IMG/VR virus record: IMGVR_UViG_3300014501_000015
Span: 5,710 to 69,709 of that record
From: a virus
DNA length: 64,000 bases
Direction: 5' to 3' (one strand)
Positions 9,276 through 15,119 of this stretch are shown one piece after another; the first letter of the stretch is position 1; each line of letters opens with the position of its first letter. The notes under the pieces are model-generated. The model was not told the DNA's origin. It did not search any database and worked only from the letters and a program-made list of their open reading frames with translations. A program made the position numbers and the translations under genes.

Positions 9276-10008
9276 GCCCCGACTCCTCGATCTGTTCTGC
9301 GGTGCTGGTGGGGCGGCGATGGGCTATCACCGCGCCGGGTTCGAGGTGGTGGGGGTGGACATCGAGCCGCAGCCGAACTACCCGTTCGAGTTCCACCAGT
9401 GCGACGCCATCTCCACGCTAAACAGGCTGGACCTGTTCGCTGCGGTGACTGATTCTGGCGAGCCCTTCGATGCCATCCACGCCAGCCCGCCGTGCCAGGG
9501 CTACTCCCGTATGCGGCATCTTCCGTGGTTGAAAGACCGGGAATACCCGATGCTAATTGAGCCGGTACGAGAACTCCTGCTCGCTACGGGGCTGCCCTAC
9601 GTCATCGAGAACGTCATGGACTCCCCACTGATCGAGCCGTTCATGCTCTGCGGGCTGGACTTTGGGCTCCGCATGTACCGGCACCGTCTGTTCGAGGCCA
9701 ACTTCATGGTGATGGTTCATCCCCACCAGCGCCACACTGTGACCATCGGGTCGGGTCGGATGCTGGGATCTCGCTACTCGAAGGGGTCCGCTGGCGTCAC
9801 CGGCATTCTCCCTGACCCTGCGGGCCACACGGCGGGAGCGAGCACGAACGCCGCCAAGGCGGTCATGGGCGTCGAGTGGATGACCCGCGACGAGATGACC
9901 CAGGCCATCCCCCCCGCCTACACCGAGTTCATAGGCTCTCAGTTGTTGCAGTATTTGTCGGTCGCTGCCCTCGCTGCTCCCCCTGACCCGGAGGAGCCGA
10001 GCGAATGA
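9268..10008 (+). CDS. compact DNA cytosine-5 methyltransferase
   Basis: 'LDLFCGAGG' (I), 'ASPPCQ' (IV), 'VIENV' (VI), 'RHRLFE' (VIII), 'QAIPPAY' (X). Confidence 0.85.
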   Translation: MSRPRLLDLFCGAGGAAMGYHRAGFEVVGVDIEPQPNYPFEFHQCDAISTLNRLDLFAAVTDSGEPFDAIHASPPCQGYSRMRHLPWLKDREYPMLIEPVRELLLATGLPYVIENVMDSPLIEPFMLCGLDFGLRMYRHRLFEANFMVMVHPHQRHTVTIGSGRMLGSRYSKGSAGVTGILPDPAGHTAGASTNAAKAVMGVEWMTRDEMTQAIPPAYTEFIGSQLLQYLSVAALAAPPDPEEPSE

Positions 10009-10045
10009 GCATCTACCCGCCTGGCCGATACCGAAGGAGCGACGA

Positions 10046-10387
10046 ATGAGTGAAGGTGCCCCCCCCGACCCCGATGTCCCGGTCCTCCGACTCCGCATAG
10101 CGGAGCTAGAAGCACAGGTAGAGCGGCTGCGAAACGACCATTTCTTCTCGCTTGAGGCGTCCGAGATTCGGGCGGCTGAGTTGGAGAATGCGCTGGTCGA
10201 AATCGACACCTACCTCGCCAACGATCCAGACGTATGGCGAATCGTCAGTGTGTGCAAGGCGGGGGAAGTTCTCTGCGACGTACTCGGTCCCGAGACAATC
10301 GCTGCAATCAATGCGGGGGTGGAAGCGAACCTCTGCGCCAAGTGTTCAGACGCCCTGGCCGATACCGAAGGAGCGACGAATGAGTAG
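10046..10387 (+). CDS. hypothetical coiled-coil protein
   Basis: Starts in repeat copy 1 and ends just after copy 2. Confidence 0.6.
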   Translation: MSEGAPPDPDVPVLRLRIAELEAQVERLRNDHFFSLEASEIRAAELENALVEIDTYLANDPDVWRIVSVCKAGEVLCDVLGPETIAAINAGVEANLCAKCSDALADTEGATNE

Positions 10388-10631
10388 GTGGTGGCAGACA
10401 GAGCACTTCACTCTCGATGACGGGGCGATTGTCGATGTGAGGTGGTGGGATCGAGTCACCACCCACCGACGTATCTCGCCCATCGTCCTCTGGTGGTACT
10501 ACAACGTGCTCCGATATCCCAAGCCGCCACCGTTTGCCAAAGATCGGATCGCCCAGCACTTTGGGTTCGTTGACGGCATCCCGGCGTGCAAGGGGCCGAT
10601 CTGTGAGGCCCACGAATGGAAGGTGCCATGA
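10380..10631 (+). CDS. hypothetical protein
   Basis: ATG within repeat copy 2. Confidence 0.55.
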   Translation: MSRWWQTEHFTLDDGAIVDVRWWDRVTTHRRISPIVLWWYYNVLRYPKPPPFAKDRIAQHFGFVDGIPACKGPICEAHEWKVP

Positions 10632-10891
10632 CCACCCCCATCTCCCCCGAAGACCTGGAGGCAACTGTGCCCGAACACGAAACAGACGTAACGGTAGGCC
10701 GGTTCATGGTGTTTGACATCGGCTGTCTGGAATGCGGTGAGCCATCGGACATCGTTGGGTTCTTCACCACCACAGATGAGGCGGTTCTTCGGGCCACAGA
10801 CGCCGAAAAGGAACAAAAGGAAGACTGGCACGGCCAACACGCTTTCGTCATCTTCGACCTCTCGGACGGGAGCAGGGTGGATTATGACTGA
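10628..10891 (+). CDS. hypothetical protein (MTTPISPED...)
   Basis: 'VFDIGCLECGEPS'; first 28 nt identical to the gene at 8892. Confidence 0.6.
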   Translation: MTTPISPEDLEATVPEHETDVTVGRFMVFDIGCLECGEPSDIVGFFTTTDEAVLRATDAEKEQKEDWHGQHAFVIFDLSDGSRVDYD

Positions 10892-10924
10892 TTCAATCAA
10901 GCGCAACGTGATCCCGGTGAAGTC

Positions 10925-11371
10925 GTGAGCCTTCATCTCGTGCCCGTTGATTTCCCCACCGCGAGCGGGTTCGTGGCGGAATGGCACCGCCACCATCGCC
11001 CTCCCGTGGGTCACAAGTTCTCCCTCGGCGTGGCTGACGAGGAAGGCGTGCTCCGAGGCGTAGCGATGGTCGGTCGTCCAGTAGCTCGGCACTACGCCGA
11101 TGGGCTGACGCTGGAAGTCAACCGCACGGCGACGGATGGCACGCCAAATGCCAACTCAATGCTCTACGGAGCCGCCTGGCGGGCAACAAAGGCGCTCGGC
11201 TACTCGCGGCTCATCACATACACCCAGGCGGGAGAATCCGGTTCATCCTTACGGGCAGCTGGCTGGATCGTGCTGGCCGAACTCCAAGCCCGGAGAGGGT
11301 GGGACACGCCGAGCCGCCGACGTGACGCACATGGGGTCGATGCGATCCCCCGCACGCTGTGGGAGGCGTAG
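10925..11371 (+). CDS. XF1762-like, Mom-related acetyltransferase-fold protein
   Basis: 'HRHHRPPVGHKFSLG...GRPVAR...LEVNR...NANSMLYGAAWRA...LITYTQ..ESGSSLRAAGW'. Confidence 0.75.
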   Translation: MSLHLVPVDFPTASGFVAEWHRHHRPPVGHKFSLGVADEEGVLRGVAMVGRPVARHYADGLTLEVNRTATDGTPNANSMLYGAAWRATKALGYSRLITYTQAGESGSSLRAAGWIVLAELQARRGWDTPSRRRDAHGVDAIPRTLWEA

Positions 11372-11437
11372 TGAGCGATGACGGGATGGATAAGTGTGCC
11401 GACTGCGGCCACCTGGCCGATACCGAAGGAGCGACGA

Positions 11438-12220
11438 ATGAGTAAGCCACTGGTTACCATGACCGTTCACACGATTGACGAGGCCCTATCCAAGTTCGAC
11501 CTGGTATCCGGTGTGGGGTCCGAGGCAGACGGTAAGGCGTGCGCCATGACCCTGCTGGCGTGGATGGCAGGCAAGCCGTGGACCGATCGCCCCGACTGCG
11601 CCCACCCGATCATCGCCGACGGCGTGATCCGGGCCAACGATGCCCCCGACACCACGCCCACCATGCGCGAGGAACTGGTCCGAGCGGGACAGACCGGCAT
11701 CCTCGACACTTGGTGGATACCCGGTGTGGTCATCGCCTGGGCACTGTCGGGCGAGCGGGGCAAGGAGCCACCGAGCCAGTACGAGCGGGCGCTAACGGCG
11801 GTCAAGCGGCTTGGAGAGTGGAAAGTGGACAAGCCGCGTCCCGACCTCCGGGGTGCCAACCTCGGGAGTGCCAACCTCGGGAGTGCCGACCTCGGGAGTG
11901 CCGACCTCGGGAGTGCCAACCTCCGGGGTGCCGACCTCCGGAGTGCCAACCTCCGGAGTGCCAACCTCGCGGGTGCCAACCTCGCGGGTGCCAACCTCGG
12001 GGGTGCCAACCTCCGGGGTGCCAACCTCCGGGGTGCCAACCTCGGGGGTGCCGACCTCGGGGGTGCCGACCTCGGGAGTGCCGACCTCGGGAGTGCCAAC
12101 CTCGCGGGTGCCGACCTCCGGAGTGCCAACCTCCTGGGTGCCTACGCGAACAGCTATACGATCTTCCCCGAAGGCGCACCCTGGACGGTCCCCGAGTCGG
12201 GCCTGGTGGTGCCGAAGTGA
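11438..12220 (+). CDS. pentapeptide repeat protein
   Basis: About 20 A(N/D)Lxx repeats; N-terminal 'CAM...WTDRPDC' domain. Confidence 0.9.
   Translation: MSKPLVTMTVHTIDEALSKFDLVSGVGSEADGKACAMTLLAWMAGKPWTDRPDCAHPIIADGVIRANDAPDTTPTMREELVRAGQTGILDTWWIPGVVIAWALSGERGKEPPSQYERALTAVKRLGEWKVDKPRPDLRGANLGSANLGSADLGSADLGSANLRGADLRSANLRSANLAGANLAGANLGGANLRGANLRGANLGGADLGGADLGSADLGSANLAGADLRSANLLGAYANSYTIFPEGAPWTVPESGLVVPK
11843..12140 (+). repeat. 15-bp coding tandem repeat (pentapeptide units)
   Basis: GCC(A/G)ACCTCnnn(G/A)GT units. Confidence 0.9.
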
Positions 12221-13104
12221 CCCCCATGCTCGACATCCAGCGCCGCTGGTCCGAGACCTTCCGCATCCGACTGGGCGAGAAGAAGGTCAACGCCAAGGGC
12301 AAGGAGTACCCGTCGTCGCTCGACAATCAGATCAGAGTCACCAGCCAGTCGCCCGATGTGATCGACGCCATCGTGAAGGTCTACGGCGGCACCACGTCGG
12401 ACTGGGGCGACCAGCGCCAGGCGTACCTCCCGACCGACCATCTGAGGATCATGGTCCTGCCCGGCGAGGCGTGCGTCGGATGGTGGGAACAGTGGCGGAA
12501 GAAGGACGGCGGGATGCCGGTCTGCACCAAGAGGTGCGACGGTGAGCACGACACCCTGACCGGCGAGGCGTGTTCCTGCCCCTCGATCACCCAGCGACTG
12601 GCGAGCAAGGACACCTACTGCCAGCCGACCACCCGCCTTTGGGTCATGCTCCCCGACGTGGAGGTCATCGGCACGGGTCGCCTGGAGACTCATGGCATCA
12701 TCGCCGCCGAGACTCTGCCCCAGTCGGTCGATGTGCTCAAGCACGCCCTCAAGCGGGGAGAGATGGTGCCCGCCATTCTCCGCATCGTGCGGGTCGAGTC
12801 ATCCGGCAAATCGTTTGTCGTGCCGAAGATCGAGGTAACCGGACTGTCGCTCGATCAAGTTCTGGCCGGGGAGGTCGTATGGCGTTCCCCACGTGCGCTC
12901 TCCCCGGTCGGCCTTCCGTCCCTGCCTAGCCCGTCTCCATCGGGAGAAGGGGGGCCTGCTACGTCGGAAGTCTCACGAACCGCCCAAGGCTCCCCGGCAG
13001 GGCCGGACCCCAGAGCCTCAGAACCCGTTGTGAGCGCCCAACCACCACGCGAACCCGTAGAACGCTCCAAATCGGCCCCCAGCGGGCTCTCAAAGAGAAC
13101 CTGA
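12217..13104 (+). CDS. Gp3-like (RDF-like) recombination protein
   Basis: 'LDIQRR...RIRLG...YPSSLD...RVTS...KRCDG...C.PTTRLWVMLPD...RLETHG..AAETLP'. Confidence 0.65.
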   Translation: MTPMLDIQRRWSETFRIRLGEKKVNAKGKEYPSSLDNQIRVTSQSPDVIDAIVKVYGGTTSDWGDQRQAYLPTDHLRIMVLPGEACVGWWEQWRKKDGGMPVCTKRCDGEHDTLTGEACSCPSITQRLASKDTYCQPTTRLWVMLPDVEVIGTGRLETHGIIAAETLPQSVDVLKHALKRGEMVPAILRIVRVESSGKSFVVPKIEVTGLSLDQVLAGEVVWRSPRALSPVGLPSLPSPSPSGEGGPATSEVSRTAQGSPAGPDPRASEPVVSAQPPREPVERSKSAPSGLSKRT

Positions 13105-13197
13105 GCCGAACCGGACGACTCGATGAGAGTTTCACGTGGCGCAAGTTATCCACAGGATCAAGCGAGCGATCCGTATACGCGGGTACGATGACAGATC

Positions 13198-13494
13198 ATG
13201 GCAACCGTTCGCTTCTCCCAGCCCGCCGGTAGGCATGAGACGTTCGTCCGGAATCTCCCGGTTGGTTTTCGAGGGGCCAACGTGGTGGATGACGTCGGCG
13301 CCATCGTGGGTACCGTGACCAGCGCCTATATCGACGCCGACGGGAAGAATATCGAGGTCACGGCCGAGATCGAAGATGAGTTCTTCGGCGCCCTCGACCA
13401 CGTAATGGTAAGCGCAGCACTCACCGAGGACGCACGCCCACCACTGACCTTCAGCCCCTTCGACCTAGAGGATGGTGCCGATGCCGACGACTGA
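13198..13494 (+). CDS. hypothetical protein
   Basis: TACGAT upstream of ATG; codon bias. Confidence 0.55.
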   Translation: MATVRFSQPAGRHETFVRNLPVGFRGANVVDDVGAIVGTVTSAYIDADGKNIEVTAEIEDEFFGALDHVMVSAALTEDARPPLTFSPFDLEDGADADD

Positions 13495-13657
13495 GCGAGA
13501 GACACACGACCCGATTGTCAAAGGCCGAGGCGATGACAGCTACGCCATCTGCGATGTCTGTGTCCGCAAGACGTTCCGGTGCGTGCCCCTAGTGACCGGC
13601 TCCCGTAAGCACGTCAACCGGGTAGTGCGGGAGCACCGGGATAGGGGCCTGTCATGA
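13472..13657 (+). CDS. small Zn-finger-like protein
   Basis: CxxC...H...H; coupled to the next gene. Confidence 0.45.
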   Translation: MVPMPTTERETHDPIVKGRGDDSYAICDVCVRKTFRCVPLVTGSRKHVNRVVREHRDRGLS

Positions 13658-14226
13658 CGGTCACCGAAGGTGTTGGTAGAGCGAGTGTTGATCATTTGCC
13701 CATCCGGACCAGGGCCGCAGCCAAAGCGCAGCAGCACGCCGAACGTAAATTGCTCTGCGTCGAATTGCGACGGAGCGGTAACACCTTTGACCAGATCGGC
13801 GCCCGAATTGGGATCAGCCAACAGCACGCCACCCGGCTCTACAAAGCCGCCCTGCTCGACACCTACCGAAGGCCGGCCGAAGAGGAGCGTGAACTGGAAC
13901 TTTCGAGGGTCGACGGGCTGCTGAGACGCTGGTGGCCGGACCTGCTCCAAGCCGACACCGCAATCGCCGAACGGGCGTCCAACCAAATCCGCTGGATCCT
14001 CCACTACCGCGCCGAGCTGCTCGGGCTCAAAATCAACAAAGTCGACCTAACCGTGACCCAGGGCGGCGTGACAATCCCGGCGGACAATGACGTATGGCAG
14101 CAGCTCCAAGCCATGCGAGCGCAGCACTTAGCGGGCGAATCACCAGGTCAGGCGGTTATCGATGTGGAAGCGTTGCCGGCGAGCCCGAACGGGCATGCAC
14201 CAGAAACGAACGGCAAAACGCCATGA
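13654..14226 (+). CDS. HTH protein, probable terminase small subunit
   Basis: 'LRRSGNTFDQIGARIGIS', 'ELELSRVD.L', 'RAELLGL'; upstream of the large subunit. Confidence 0.6.
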   Translation: MTVTEGVGRASVDHLPIRTRAAAKAQQHAERKLLCVELRRSGNTFDQIGARIGISQQHATRLYKAALLDTYRRPAEEERELELSRVDGLLRRWWPDLLQADTAIAERASNQIRWILHYRAELLGLKINKVDLTVTQGGVTIPADNDVWQQLQAMRAQHLAGESPGQAVIDVEALPASPNGHAPETNGKTP

Positions 14227-14471
14227 GGGTGCTATCGGTCAGGCTCGACGACGTCACCTATGCCCAAGCGGAACGAGCACGTCTGGACGCCGGTCTGACT
14301 CGCACCGTCTGGCTCCGTAGCGCCGTAGAAGACGCCGTGACGGCATCGTCGCAGCCCAGGCCACCCGATGAAATGGCCACTCGATTCTGTACCCACCCGA
14401 GCGCCAAGCGACTCGATGACGGGCTCTGCGTAGCCTGCGGGTCAGCCGTCGGCGTGGTTGAGACCGTCTGA
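14223..14471 (+). CDS. ribbon-helix-helix protein with Cys motif
   Basis: 'MRVLSVRLDD...GLTRTVWLRSAV'; C-terminal CTHP...CVAC. Confidence 0.6.
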   Translation: MRVLSVRLDDVTYAQAERARLDAGLTRTVWLRSAVEDAVTASSQPRPPDEMATRFCTHPSAKRLDDGLCVACGSAVGVVETV

Positions 14472-14512
14472 AAGGTATTACCGGTATTACCAACCGCGCT
14501 AGGATGAGGGCC

Positions 14513-14881
14513 ATGCCGATCGTCACTCTGAAAGCAACCCCGGAGTTCATCGTTCGGGTCGACCAAGCCGCCGATGCCGCGGGCGAGTCCCGGTCTGAGT
14601 ACCTGCGATCCGCCGCCGAGATCCGGATGAACCCGCCAGTGATCGGCGCCGACCCTCAGCCCGTATTCAACGCCCGAGCCGAAGCTCGCTCGCGGCCACC
14701 CAAGTCGTCGAGGCAGGGGGTGGACACTCATAACGAAAGCTCGCCACGACCAGCGCGTTCGGTCAGAGCCTCTTCTCGGGGTGCAACGCGGCCCTCTGTC
14801 TCGACGAAAGCGAAGTGTCCTCATCCGCCGGCCCGAATCCAAAAGGGCCAGTGCCAAGCCTGCTCGGAGTACGTGGGGTGA
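14513..14881 (+). CDS. CopG-like ribbon-helix-helix protein with Cys motif
   Basis: 'IVTLKATPEF..RVDQAA...GESRSEYLR'; C-terminal CPHP...CQAC. Confidence 0.65.
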   Translation: MPIVTLKATPEFIVRVDQAADAAGESRSEYLRSAAEIRMNPPVIGADPQPVFNARAEARSRPPKSSRQGVDTHNESSPRPARSVRASSRGATRPSVSTKAKCPHPPARIQKGQCQACSEYVG

Positions 14882-14985
14882 GCCTCTTCTGGCTAATCCC
14901 CGTTCTTCTCGGCGCCTTCTCACTCGGCTTCACCGTCACTCTTTCGATTCTCCGGTACGCCGATCGCCGGCAGATACGGTCGTGA
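14878..14985 (+). CDS. small membrane protein
   Basis: MSLFWLIPVLLGAFSLGFTVTLSILRY...; GTGA-coupled on both sides. Confidence 0.5.
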   Translation: MSLFWLIPVLLGAFSLGFTVTLSILRYADRRQIRS

Positions 14986-15119
14986 CCCCTGACCGACCAC
15001 CGACTCTCTCCGAGGCAATGGATGAGTGTCGGCAAGCCTTCCGGGACTTCTGGCACCTGTGGCAAGAGAAGGTAACGCGGCCCATCTTCGACATCGTTGT
15101 GCGGCGGCGGGTGCGGTGA
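14982..15119 (+). CDS. small hypothetical protein
   Basis: GTGA-coupled to the terminase start. Confidence 0.45.
   Translation: MTPDRPPTLSEAMDECRQAFRDFWHLWQEKVTRPIFDIVVRRRVR

Larger units (their letters stand above)
10020..11443 (+). repeat. 32-bp exact direct repeat x3 (10020-10051, 10354-10385, 11412-11443) containing RBS and start codon
   Basis: CCTGGCCGATACCGAAGGAGCGACGAATGAGT read identically at three sites. Confidence 0.95.

Noticed and set aside
10020-11443. 32-bp repeats as a CRISPR array
   Set aside because: Spacing is 334 and 1058 bp, with whole genes between copies
11843-12140. Regular short repeats as a CRISPR array or DGR
   Set aside because: 15-bp units without spacers that encode pentapeptide repeats; no cas or reverse transcriptase gene
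11539-12216. 521-aa ORF with a long CQPR repeat region
   Set aside because: Alternative-frame shadow of the pentapeptide gene; the real gene starts near 12217-12226
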